Positions 1 to 10,547 are shown, numbered from the stretch's first letter. The stretch: 18,947 nucleotides of DNA from Octopus sinensis (GCF_006345805.1 NW_021824377.1:1-18947); one strand, 5' to 3'. Numbers and translations are program-made. Notes: generated from the sequence alone by a model not told the origin.

Positions 1-87
1 TACACGCATATATATATATACAATGGTTTCTTGATTATTTATTTTTATAAGTTCATTATTCTGAGCAATTATCCATATAGATATGCC

Positions 88-109
88 TATACATACATAC
101 ATACATACA

Positions 110-141
<32 letters not shown>

Positions 142-182
142 GATATATATATAATATATTATATATATATATATATATATAT
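88..182. repeat. (CATA)n followed by (TA)n microsatellite; low-complexity TA/TG/CA sequence continues to ~770
   Basis: Direct reading: about 12 CATA units, then TA runs. Confidence 0.95.
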
Positions 183-221
183 CTGAAGATTTCTCTTGAA
201 TGAAACAGTTCTAGTCCTGTA
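183..221 (+). ncRNA. Degenerate minimal type I hammerhead ribozyme relic (Penelope-like)
   Basis: CTGAAGA 183-189; stem II TTC/GAA with TCTT loop; GAAA 202-205; short stem III CAGTTCTAG; GTC 214-216. The stem I 5' strand position is occupied by (TA)n. Confidence 0.4.
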
Positions 222-325
222 GAAGCTCATTCTATATAATAAATTAATTTTACTCTACTATGTATTGAGTACCTTATTTACTGTGGTTAACCCCGAATCA
301 ACCCGGGACCTACAATTATATATAA

Positions 326-366
<41 letters not shown>

Positions 367-770
367 TAATATATTTATATATACATATATATACGCACAC
401 ACACACATAAAACCTATAAACGTATATACATATGTGTATGTGTGTGTGTGTATATATAATACAATGCATATACACTTACGCATATAGAAACATACATATG
501 TATGTATAGGCGCGTGCATACTCACATGAATAAATATATAATTATATATTTAGAAATTAGGAATTCAGTATTATATAGATTATAATATATGTACATATAC
601 TATTTTAAATATTATCATGTGTGTGTGAGTCTTTCTATTTCTCTCAAGCCGTGCGTGTGTGTGTGCGTGTGAGTGTGTCTATATCTGTGTATGTATGTGT
701 GTATGTATTTCTCTATTTCTACATATGCATATGAATACACACACACATATTTAATATTATATTTAATATT

Positions 771-842
771 AATTTGTTATATTTAATATTAATTGAAAGA
801 AACGTAGAGTATCTCGACAGAAATATGTAACGAAAGGGTTAA
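771..842 (+). mobile_element. 3' end fragment of a piggyBac-like MITE
   Basis: Ends AAAGGG + TTAA (839-842) and is homologous to the 3' end of the adjacent copy (1015-1088). Confidence 0.6.
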
Positions 843-858
843 AGTCACCATGATATTT

Positions 859-1088
859 TTAACCCTTTTGATACCAACCTGGCTGAAAGCACCTCTGGCT
901 CTCTAGTACAAATGTCTTGTTTTCAAAAGTTCTGAATTAAAATCTTCCACCAAACCTTAGTCACAATGTATGCTGCTAATACTAACTTTATGACAACTAA
1001 GTTATTCTAATAAATTCTTTGTTGTATTTAAAATTAACTGAAGGAAACACGGAACATCTCAACAGAAATAAGGTAACAAAACGATTAA
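859..1088 (+). mobile_element. piggyBac-like MITE (~222 bp)
   Basis: TTAA (859-862) + CCCTTTTGATACC at the left; degenerate inverted GGTAACAAAACGA + TTAA (1085-1088) at the right. TTAA TSD with CCC termini is the piggyBac signature. Confidence 0.65.
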
Positions 1089-1499
1089 TAATCTTACCCA
1101 AGGAAAAAGACCATGGTTCACATCTAAAGAAAAAGGACAATTCTTCTCCGAACGAAGAATACACCAGAAAAAGTTATGCTCGGTGTTTCACGGAATGTGA
1201 AGGGTGCCGTCTTTGATGAAGTGTTAAACTAAACCAAGACGAAAAGGTGCAAACGTCATAAAATGGCAGAAAAAAAATTTCAAAATTTATGCCGAAACGC
1301 CGCACGAAATTCTATTAAAATTCCAGAAAGTAACGAATTCTAGGCTTCAGTTATGTATCCAGCGGCCATTTTATGGAAGACGTATATGTACCAAGTTTTT
1401 AGACCTTATTTGGGAAACCATTTAAAGTTCTGTGCGTATATGTTTGTGTGTGTTTATTACATTGGAAAGTCTACGAGAAATAATTTAATAGGATGCGAA

Positions 1500-2060
1500 A
1501 TAACCTTAATTCTGAATTAGAAAATATATATAAAAAAAGAAAACAATTCTTGGTTTACCATATTGCACGTAAAATTTTAAAATGATGAGTTTAAATGTAC
1601 TTTAGAAATTTGGATTTTAAATTACAAAAATAAAATTAAAATACTTTTTGGTTAACTACATGGTAAGTGAAATTTTAAAATCATGCAAAAGTTTAAATAT
1701 ATTTCAGAAATAATTTTAATTTTAAATTGGAAAATAAAATAAAATAAGATTATTCTAGAATATTTAAAATTTTTGAATTGGAAAATGAAATAAAAATATT
1801 TTTTGGTTTACCATGAAGTGTGTGAATTCTTAAATTCTAAAATTATCTTAGGATATTTCAAATTTTTAAATTAGAAAATAAAATGAATATAATTTTGGGT
1901 TTACCACGAAGTGTGTGAATTCTTAAATTCTAAAATTTTTTTACAATGTTAGTAATTTTAAATTAGAAAGTAGAATTAAAATAATTCTTGACTTATCACG
2001 TGGTGTATGAAATTTTACACTTGTAGAATTAAAAATGAATTTTAGGTTAGAAAATTTTTA
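1500..2060. repeat. Degenerate AT-rich tandem repeat, unit ~92-98 bp
   Basis: Core TGGTTTACCA-like motif at 1551, 1649, 1804, 1897 and 1989; GAAGTGTGTGAATTCTTAAATTCTAAAATT is repeated exactly after the 1804 and 1897 cores. Confidence 0.75.
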
Positions 2061-2170
2061 AGTATAAGAATATATTAGAAACATTGTATCTAGGTACAAG
2101 ACACTCTATTTCTTGAGAGATAACAGATTATATTCCAAACCGGATGTGGTATTGGGTACTTCCGTAACCT

Positions 2171-2383
2171 TGAGCCAATCGCTGTTTATATAATACAAAA
2201 TCATCTCTTAAAAGGTATTTATGTTTAAATTTAAACAGTGGAACAGTTTTATGTGAGGGATGTAACAAGTCTCTATTTTAGATTGATCCCAGGACTTCTT
2301 TGTAAAACAACAAGCGGAATTTAAGCAATTTGATTGATTAATGACGTCAATAAAAATTTCCAGATTTTCGAGTTATGACGTCA
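2171..2383. promoter_or_regulatory. Cluster of CCAAT, TATA-like and two CRE palindromes
   Basis: AGCCAATC (CCAAT 2175-2179), TATATAA ~2187, TGACGTCA at 2342-2349 and 2376-2383. Motifs only; function untested. Confidence 0.3.
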
Positions 2384-2760
2384 CCACGGATCTGTCCTAT
2401 TAGATTTGTTTTCAAAAGTATAGAAAGAGACCGGATCTGAAGAGAGATACAGCAAGGCTACGTGTCTGTCTGTGCGAGAGTTCGAAAAAAGATGGAAGCG
2501 TGTGGCACGATTGCTGCGAGTGAAAGTGGCCACACGAGCACGCTATAAGTTAGCTGCCGAGTTTCAGTGGGAAAAGCAGGGCTCGTGGGGTCGGCAATCC
2601 TGGTGTTCCCACTTCATGTGTCATTTTATGTTGTGTTGTAAAATTTGTATATCATCCGATTTCTTCGATTTCGTTTTCGAATTTGTGTAAATTTTTGAAG
2701 ATCATTTTTATGTAATCTCCATTCGTTTCTCATGACCCCAAATCATGATGTATTGTCCAA

Positions 2761-2800
2761 CTCTATGTTAGCCCCTTGTGGGCAATAAAGAAATAAGAAA
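2761..2800 (+). mobile_element. 3' tail fragment of SINE A1
   Basis: CTCTATGTTAGCCCCTTGTGGGCAATAAAGAAATA matches the tail of the full copy at 16737-16772. Confidence 0.8.
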
Positions 2801-3314
2801 GAACAAAACCAGAGAACAAGAATGGAACGCAGTTATGCGTCTATGTTGGGTGATATTCAACACGAAACCTGCCAACCATCTGTGAAACTGACACACATAT
2901 TCATTCACTCACCTTCTCTGTCCTCCCAACCACAAAAGCTGGCCAACTAAGCTACTCTTTTGCACAGAACTTTCTGATGTTACGCTGTTGTTTTTTCTTC
3001 TTTGGACCGTCATGTCAAACAAGCATTTAACACTAAACATGATGTTAAACCAAAAACGAGCGACCACCCTTTCATTCATTCAACTTTTTATAATTCTTTG
3101 TATATTGTTTTATTTGTTTTATTTGTTTAAACGCCTTTTTATTGAAAAAAGTTAATTATCTTACTGAACACCACGAAGTACTTGATTATTCTAAAAATTA
3201 ATTGATTCAAATTGGTGGTGTATTGCAATAAAGATATTGCCAGGAAAAGGTTGGGGGTCACAAACCAAAAGATGAAATAGATTGATGTGAAGATAATATG
3301 GAGAGGACCCTCAA

Positions 3315-3460
3315 GGCAGAGAGCTGGCAGAATCGTTAGCACGCTTAGCGGCATTTCGTCCGTCTTCACAATCTGAGTTCAAATTCCACCGAGGTCGACT
3401 TTATCTTTCATCCTTTCGGGATGGATAAAATAAATACCAGTTGAACACTGGGGTCGATAA
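3315..3460 (+). mobile_element. tRNA-derived SINE family A, internally deleted and 3'-truncated
   Basis: GAGCTGGCAGAATCGTTAGC head, GAGTTCAAATTCC B-box, CTTTCATCCTTTCGGG central domain. Confidence 0.9.
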
Positions 3461-3702
3461 ACCACATTATTTGCGATTATATCATCGTAATACTGCACTG
3501 GAGACCATATCATAACACAGAGCAAACTGTAACACAAACCATGCTGAAATGCAGATTTCAGTACAGTACAAACCACACCAGAACATAAACCTCTCTACAA
3601 CACCGAACGTACTGCAACACAAACTATACTACAGCACAAACCGTATTAAAACACTGATCGTTGTATAGAACACACCACATTCCATAGATCAGACTGCAGT
3701 GT
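3461..3702. repeat. Decayed pentanucleotide-periodic tract (AACAC/GTACA/ATACT-like); resumes at 4153-4262
   Basis: 5-nt periodicity is visible on both sides of the SINE dimer. Confidence 0.6.
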
Positions 3703-3718
3703 AGGTCATACAACAATA

Positions 3719-3902
3719 TATTTCTTTACTATCCACAAGGGGCTAAACACAGAGGAGACAAACAAGGACAGACAAACGGATTAAGTCGATTACATCGACC
3801 CCAGTGCGTAACTGGTACTTATTTAATCGATCCCGAAAGGATTAAAGGCAAAGTCGACCTCGGCGGAATTTGAACTCAGAACGTAGCGGCAGACGAAATA
3901 CC
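3719..3902 (-). mobile_element. SINE A1, 5'-truncated second unit of a head-to-tail dimer
   Basis: Near-identical to 3903-4086; on the minus strand it begins at internal GGTATTTCGTCTGCC and lacks the A-box head. Confidence 0.92.
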
Positions 3903-4133
3903 TATTTCTTTACTATCCACAAGGGGCTAAACACCGGGAGGACAAACAAGGACAGACAAACGGATTAAGTCGATTATATCGACCCCAGTGCGTAACTGGT
4001 ACTTATTTAATCGACTCCGAAAGGATGAAAGGCAAAGTCGACCTCGGCGGAATTTGAACTCAGAACGTAATGGCAGACGAAATACCGCTGAGCATTTCGT
4101 CCGGCGTGCTAACGTTTCTGCCAGCTCGCCGCC
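3903..4133 (-). mobile_element. SINE A1, full-length first unit of the dimer
   Basis: Minus strand: GGCGGCGAGCTGGCAGAAACGTTAGC ... GAGTTCAAATTCC ... GCCCCTTGTGGATAGTAAAGAAATA. Candidate TSD 3703-3718 / 4137-4152 (14/16 identical). Confidence 0.95.
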
Positions 4134-4600
4134 CTGAGGTCTTACAAAAATAGAGACCATAGTACAAAATAAACTATGCTACAAAACAGACCACACTACA
4201 TCTCAGACCACCACGAAACACAGACCATGCTACAGCTCATCATACACTACAATCTACAAATATACATCCTCACTCCATCGGCTGTATCAACTTCCGCCCC
4301 CCTAACTTACATACCCTCTTTCCGTCCGTCTTCTGTTCTTTTGAATATCCGTCCCCTCCGCTCAAAACATACACACACACAGACAAGCCCCGTTCCTTAT
4401 TCCGATCAATGGTCACCCACCTCGCCATTTAATGTTAATTTTTTTCCCCTGCAGGTTTCATTAAATCGAAAAAATTCTCCGCTAATTAGAGGGGAATTCC
4501 ACGTTCGGACAGGAAATTACTGACCTCAGAATAAAGAAGGGGAAGAAACACGTTAATGATTTAACTGGTCGCTCTCTTTATTTCATTTTTATTTTATTAT

Positions 4601-5131
4601 TGTGGTGGTGGTGGTGGTGGTGGAGGGGTGGTGGAGGGGTGTATGTAAATGAGCAGCAGTAACGACAAGAGCAACAGCAACAAATAACAACAATAACGAT
4701 ACCAGCAGCGACAGCAGCAATAATGGAAACAACAACAACAGTAATAACAACTAACATTTTAAAACAATAATAACAGCAGCAGCAGCAGCAACATCAATAA
4801 CGACAGCAGTAACAACTTCAACATCATCATCATCATCCTCATCGACATCATCGTCGTTATCATTATCATCATCATCATCGTCATCGTCATCGTCAAGGTA
4901 GTCGTCATCATCATCATTATCAACAAGATAAACGACGCTAAAATATAGCCAATAATAATCATAGTTAAATAACAGCGGAGATGATGATGATGATGACGAC
5001 GATGATGATGATGATGATGATGGTGATGACGACGACGATGATGATAATGATGATGACGATGGTCAGGATAATGATGATGATGATGATGATGATGATAATG
5101 ATGACGATGACGATAATGATGATGATGGTGA

Positions 5132-5165
<34 letters not shown>

Positions 5166-5350
5166 GGTGGTGGTGGTGATGATGATGATGATGACGATGA
5201 CGATAATGATGATGATGATAATGATGACCATGACAATAATGATGATGATGATGATGATGATGATGACGACGATGACTACAATGATGATACTCTCGGCAGA
5301 GAGTGTGATGTTGACGATGGTGATGATGGAGATGATGAAGGTGGATAAGA
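4601..5350. repeat. Compound trinucleotide region: (GGT)n, (CAA/CAG)n, (CAT/CGT)n, (GAT/GAC/GGT)n
   Basis: Direct reading; source of the poly-H, poly-I and poly-M ORFs. Confidence 0.95.
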
Positions 5351-5640
5351 TGACAATAGCGATGCATGTGTTATTTCATTGGTAGAGGAAAGTGCAGGGC
5401 CCAGGGTGTTCACAAATTCTCCGAAACAGGCGAAGTTGATGTCGCTAATGTTTCCACCGAATGTCAGCGACTGCAGATAACACACGTGCAATAATGAATT
5501 TCAGAGGGAGCGAGGGAAGAAGGAATGGGCGGAGTAGTGAGCGGAGAGCTTGTGGCATCGGTGATGGGGCATTCAATATGGCTGACGAGAGAAAGAGGAA
5601 ACGAATGAGTTTGTGGATGCTTGACTGGGGACCGTTCAAT

Positions 5641-5790
5641 AATTTAGCAGTTCGACAAAAAAGACCGTAAGAATAAAAAAAAACCCCACTAGACTTAAAA
5701 ACATAAGTAATGGGGTTGATTTATTCGACTAAAACTCTCCAAGGCGGTGCCCCAGCATGGCTGTTGTCCAATGACTGACACAAGTAGAAT
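5641..5790 (+). mobile_element. 3' half of SINE B, degenerate
   Basis: TTAGCAGTTCGACAAAAAAGACCG ... AAGGCGGTGCCCCAGCATGGC ... AATGACTGACACAAGT aligns to 18365-18495. Confidence 0.8.
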
Positions 5791-6538
5791 TTAATCAATT
5801 ATGACCATCCTTATTTCATTTCTGCTAATTGTCATAGTTCCCCACTTTCTGTTAGGGACCGATCGTGGAGCTATATGTTCCTTAGATAATTATTTTCAAG
5901 TTCGTATCCTCTTTCCCGTTGAATCTGGTTGTCAGAGAAATTGGTTCGTTTTTTTCTCTCTTTCCTATTTGGCACCCCATCATCATCATATGTTTGAAAA
6001 GAGGTAAAATTCATTCAAATTAAAAAAAAAACGATAAATAAATAACGGACGAAGAGAAAAGTCATTGAAAAGGTTGAAAATGGCAACGAAAAAGCTTTGA
6101 CAAAAATAAACAAAACCAAAATAAACGGCTTAGTGTTTAACCGAATTAAACAAGTGATCGATTAGTAAGTTGGATATTTAACCAAGTGACTAATAATAAA
6201 AGAGTGGAATGGAACCAGTGCGTGTGTTAATGATATTGGCATAATGACCCTACCTAGACACATGGAAATTTGTTTCAACACACGAATTCACGCCAAGAAT
6301 CTTGCAAACCAGATACAAAAAAATGAAGATAAATAAAAGTTATGGAGAGAGATTAGACCTACAAAAGACCTATAAAACACTGCGATCAAAATATATTTCG
6401 TGTTAAATCAAATATCATGAGTAAGGATTAAAGAAAATTTTAAAAAGAAAGAAAAAAAGAACGAACTTATCTAACAACATGGAATGTAGATAGTAAAGTC
6501 ATTCATCTCTTTAAATTGCTTTCCAGAGCCACTATTCT

Positions 6539-6773
6539 TATTTCTTTACTACCCACAAGGGGATAAACACAGAGAGGACAAACAAGGACAGAGAAACGGA
6601 TTAAGTCGATTATATCGACCCCAGTGCGTAACTGGTACTTATTTAATCGACCCACCCCGAAAGGATGAAAGGCAAAGTCGACCTCGGCGGAATTTGAACT
6701 CAGAACATAGCGGCAGACGAAATACTGCTAAGCATTTCGCCCGGAGTGCTAACATTTCTGCCAGCTCGCCGCC
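6539..6773 (-). mobile_element. SINE A1, full length
   Basis: Matches 3903-4133 along its length; candidate TSD TATTCTT at 6533-6539 and 6775-6781. Confidence 0.95.
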
Positions 6774-7747
6774 TTATTCTTGGCATTGATGCTACTGTGG
6801 TTGTCATAACGACATCAACCTTTTACAGAATTACCATTTTCCTTTAAAAAGTCAAACGCACTTCGGCTAATCTGTTCAAGAAGCCCTATGACCTTCCATG
6901 TGTCAACGCTTTACAAAACCTTTCAACCGGCTCAAACAGAAATACAGCACAGTGCTATTTCACATTGGTTATATTTGGAGCTAGAATAAATTAAAATAAT
7001 GCTTGTATTTCTTCGTTTCACAGATAATGTGGTTTATGCGTTGGAACCATTCCAACTGAAGAATTTCTTACAAGTTTGCCTTTTAGATTTATAAGTGTAT
7101 CTCCTCTTTTTGTTTGCATGAATATTTTCGAACTTTCTGCCAGAAAAGAACCAATTGTGGCCTGTAATTCTAACAATACCAAGTTATTTACATTGCCATG
7201 ATACAATGTCGTCACTTCGACCAAATGAAAAGACTCGTTCAGCGAAAATCTTTATAACAAAAAGCGAAAAGATGGCTGAAATAACGGCACTTACAGTTCA
7301 CGACTCAAACTTTAGCAACCTTAGGCCATAATTCTTTTCTTCGCTGCTTTTGCGGATTCTTACGACTCTCTGTCGCCGTTCAGTTCCTTTGTTACGCACT
7401 AGGTGATCATGTGCCGTCAATAATGACGGCTAATTGTTGTATTTTATATATAAACAAGGTGCAAAATAACCTATATAATAATCACATGTACAAACATTCA
7501 CATACTTCCCTTGTACACACACACACACATACACACTTATACACACACAGGTGAAACGCTGATTTTTTTCACCCCTTCCTTCCTTATTCATCTGTCACCC
7601 CTTCCTTTCTCTCATTGCTATTACTTTCTCTCACTCCCTCTCAGGCAGGGCTATTACTCTCACTACTTCTCCTTCACTGAATTACTATTTTCTCTCCTCT
7701 TCCGCGGCCACCGTGATTCTGGACAAATATATATATATATAAACACC

Positions 7748-8061
7748 GCATGGCTCAATGGTTAGAGTGTCGAGGTTGTGAGTTCGAATCCCGGACCGGG
7801 CTGCGTATTGTGTTCTTGAGCAAGACACTTTATTTCACGTTGCTCCAGTTCACTCAGCTGGAAATGAGTTGCGACGTCACAGGTGCCAAACTGTATCGGC
7901 CTTTGCCTTTCCCTTGGATAACACAGGTGGCATGGAGAGAGGAGGCCAGTATGCATGGGTGACTGCTGGTCTTCCATAAACAACCCTGCGCGGACTTGTG
8001 CCTGAGAGGGTAACTTTCCAGGTGCAATCCTTTGGTCAGTCATGACCGAAGGGGGTCTCAG
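7748..8061 (+). mobile_element. tRNA-derived SINE C with a CORE-like central domain
   Basis: A-box TGGCTCAATGG, B-box GTTCGAATCC, TGTGTTCTTGAGCAAGACACTT (CORE-like by recall); TSD-like TATATAAA(AA)CACC at 7736-7747 and 8062-8075. Confidence 0.85.
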
Positions 8062-8162
8062 TATATAAAAACACCACGCTCATTATTATATTAAGATATT
8101 TGAATTGGAAACTTGATTCATAGTGAATCTTTCGTTTACCTGATTACATAATCGTGAATAAA

Positions 8163-8345
8163 GCGCTGAGTTGGCAGAATGGTTAGCACGCCAGGCGAAA
8201 TGCTTTGCGTCATTTCGTCTGTCTTCACGTTCTTTCATCCTTTTGGTATCGATAAGTTAAATATCACTCAAGTACTGGGGTCGATGTGATCGACTATCCA
8301 CTTCCCCACAAATTCCAGGCCTTGTGCGTATTGTAGAAAGGATTG
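8163..8345 (+). mobile_element. SINE A2 (A head, alternative tail), internally deleted
   Basis: GAGTTGGCAGAATGGTTAGCACGCC head; tail CCAGGCCTTGTGCGTATTGTAGAAAGGATT. Confidence 0.85.
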
Positions 8346-8630
8346 TTATAATTATTTCCTTTTAATCACAGATTTTGTTGGAACTCATGGAGTCTTGCAT
8401 GCATAGCGGGCTTGCTACCCGCAGCCTACGATTCCATGCTAACCATTCTTTTAATACTTTCCTGATTATTCTGGCTGTGCCAAAGAGGCAAACCTTTTGT
8501 AACAGTTCTACTGGGCACTCTATTCCAATTTCCTTTATATACCCCTTGATGCCTTCTGATACTGTTCCCAAGGACCCAACAATATAACTGGTACTATTTT
8601 CCCCTTCTTCAGTTTCCATAGCCGGGCTAT
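8346..8630 (-). mobile_element. 3' fragment of an R4/Dong-type RLE non-LTR retrotransposon, frameshifted
   Basis: Minus strand reads IARLWKLKKGKIVPVI, then frameshift, then VGSLGTVSEGIKGYIKEIGIECPVELLQKVCLFGTARIIRKVL, the typical C-terminus after the RLE domain; short 3' region ending in an AAT-like tail. Confidence 0.85.
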
Positions 8631-8632
8631 AA

Positions 8633-8842
8633 AGCGGCGAGTTTGTAAGATGGTTAGCAAGCCGGACAAAATGGTTTGCGGAATTTCTGTCATTTATGCT
8701 CTGAGTTCAAATTCCGCCGAGGTCGACTTTGCTTTTCATCCTTTCGGGGTCGATGAAATAAGTACCAGTTATGCACTGGGACCGATATAATCGACCATAC
8801 CCCTCCCCCAAATTTCAGGCCCTGTGCCTTTAGTAGATAGGA

Positions 8843-8846
<4 letters not shown>
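8633..8846 (+). mobile_element. SINE A2, full length, diverged
   Basis: Head, B-box GAGTTCAAATTCC, central domain, tail TCAGGCCCTGTGCCTTTAGTAGATAGGATT running into (TTG/TTA)n. Confidence 0.9.
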
Positions 8847-9040
<194 letters not shown>

Positions 9041-9041
9041 T

Positions 9042-9260
9042 GGCGGCGAGCTGGCAGAATCGTTAGCACGCCGAATGAAATGTCGCTAAGGATTTTGCCA
9101 GTCTACGCGTTCTGAGTTCAAAATTTCGCCGAGGTCGACCTTTGCATTTCATCCCTTCGGGGTCGATAAATTAAGTACCAGTGAAACACTGGGGTCGATT
9201 TAATCGACTTGCCCCACTCCCCCAAAATTTCAGGCCTTGTGCGTTTAGTAAAAAGAATAA
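9042..9260 (+). mobile_element. SINE A2, full length
   Basis: GGCGGCGAGCTGGCAGAATCGTTAGC ... TTCAGGCCTTGTGCGTTTAGTAAAAAGAATAA. Confidence 0.92.
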
Positions 9261-9406
9261 CATGGACCATGAACACCACCCCTATGGATGTATTGTGGTT
9301 ACATCACTCCGTGGGGTGTTTTCTAAGTACCCGCATACCCGAACGAAATAAGTCCCTTTAATTAATTGACTGAAATACGAGGATTATTTCACTGTATCTT
9401 TTGTGA

Positions 9407-9558
9407 TTTACTTGGTTCATTCATTACACTGTGGCCATGCTGGAGCAATGCTTTCAAGAATTTTTAGTCGAATGAATTAACACCGCTACTTAATTATTTT
9501 ATTTTTGACCTAGTATTTATTTTATCGGTCTCTTTTGCCGAACCACTAACTTACGGGT
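9407..9558 (-). mobile_element. 3' half of SINE B, degenerate
   Basis: Plus-strand GGCCATGCTGGAGCA and TATCGGTCTCTTTTGCCGAACC are reverse complements of the B tail. Confidence 0.8.
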
Positions 9559-9760
9559 TCAAACACAGACACACAGGTGCACACTTGGAACTTTCCGAAC
9601 TGAGTAACGTATTTAATTTCCTGATATTCCTTGAAGCAGTTCAAGAGACTTTCCGATCGTTATTTTCATCGACCAAAACAGGGTTTCCACGAACTGATAA
9701 CAGAATAATTTAAATCTCTTTACCTTTCTGTCTCTTTCTCTTTCTTTCTCTTTCTCTTCA

Positions 9761-10070
9761 CACAGACACACACAAACACACGCACACTGACACAAACACA
9801 GACACACGGACACACACAGACACACACACACATACACACACACACAGACATAGACACAGACACACAGACACACACAGAGACACACAGAGACACACACACA
9901 GACACACAGACACACAGACACACAGACACACACACAGACACACACAGACACACACAGACACACAGACACACAGACACAGACGCACACAGACACACAGACA
10001 CACCCACAGACACACACAGAAACACACACACACCACACACATACACACAGACACACACACACACACACAG
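9761..10070. repeat. (CA)n/(CACAGA)n compound microsatellite
   Basis: Direct reading. Confidence 0.95.
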
Positions 10071-10264
10071 AGGTGTATATGGAGCTCAACGAATTGCACT
10101 GAAGCTCGGTAAACGCTATCAGGAGTGCTGCCCTGGGGCTGAGTGTTGAAGTTCAATTCACATTGTGTGTGTGGATATGTGCATCCGACTGTTTGCATTA
10201 TACACACACACACGCACATGCACGCACGCACACACACGCACGCACACACACACATGCCCTGTCC

Positions 10265-10547
10265 GTTGTATCAAAGTTACTCGGGGAGTTAAACAGCAGC
10301 AACAACAATAACAACAACAATCACTGACAAAGGATCCAAAGCATCCGTCTTCATGCTACTTATAATAAAAATGTGTGCAGTACTCCAGCGTGGCCTCCCC
10401 TCCAACGCTAATACACGTAAAAGATGTAAATTACGTCCTCCCACACACATACACACATCTATACACACACTCACACACACACATTCAATCCTACATACAC
10501 ACCTTCACACATATCTACAGACAACATACTCACATATCTACACATCT
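10265..10547 (+). repeat. Composite interspersed repeat D, copy 1
   Basis: Colinear with the reverse complement of 17570-17953: 29-bp block, (CAA)n, AAGGATCCAAAGCATCCGTC block, degenerate CA tract. Confidence 0.85.

Noticed and set aside
1500-2060. CRISPR-like repeat-spacer array
   Set aside because: The intervening segments resemble each other, the cores are short and degenerate, the context is eukaryotic and there are no cas genes.
3139-3369. Hydrophobic minus-strand ORF vaguely like GPCR TM6-TM7
   Set aside because: Begins inside a SINE, no conserved motif, hydrophobicity explained by T-richness; a TBLASTN hit would be needed to revive it.
4438-4525. Strong-looking splice acceptor (pyrimidine tract + CAG at 4452-4454)
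   Set aside because: All three downstream frames stop within 70 nt and no convincing donor is present; a non-coding exon cannot be excluded.
4759-5385. Long ORFs with poly-His, poly-Met and poly-Ile
   Set aside because: Read-through of trinucleotide repeats in several frames on both strands; no splice or domain support.
5582-5601. CTGACGA...GAAA hammerhead-like motif
   Set aside because: The intervening purine run cannot form stem II; no stems I or III.
7018-7224. 68-aa complex ORF
   Set aside because: No recognisable homology or motif; length is expected by chance.
7748-7795. tRNA gene
   Set aside because: A and B boxes are present but there is no complete cloverleaf, and it continues into a SINE body with a TSD; the same applies to the A and B family heads.
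8598-8620. Minus-strand CTGAAGAAGGGG matching 14945-14957
   Set aside because: Here it is coding sequence (WKLKKG) of the R4 fragment; coincidental match.
9272-9320. Imperfect hairpin, possible pre-miRNA or Helitron end
   Set aside because: Several G-U pairs and bulges, too short for a pre-miRNA, and no clean CTRR-T terminus.
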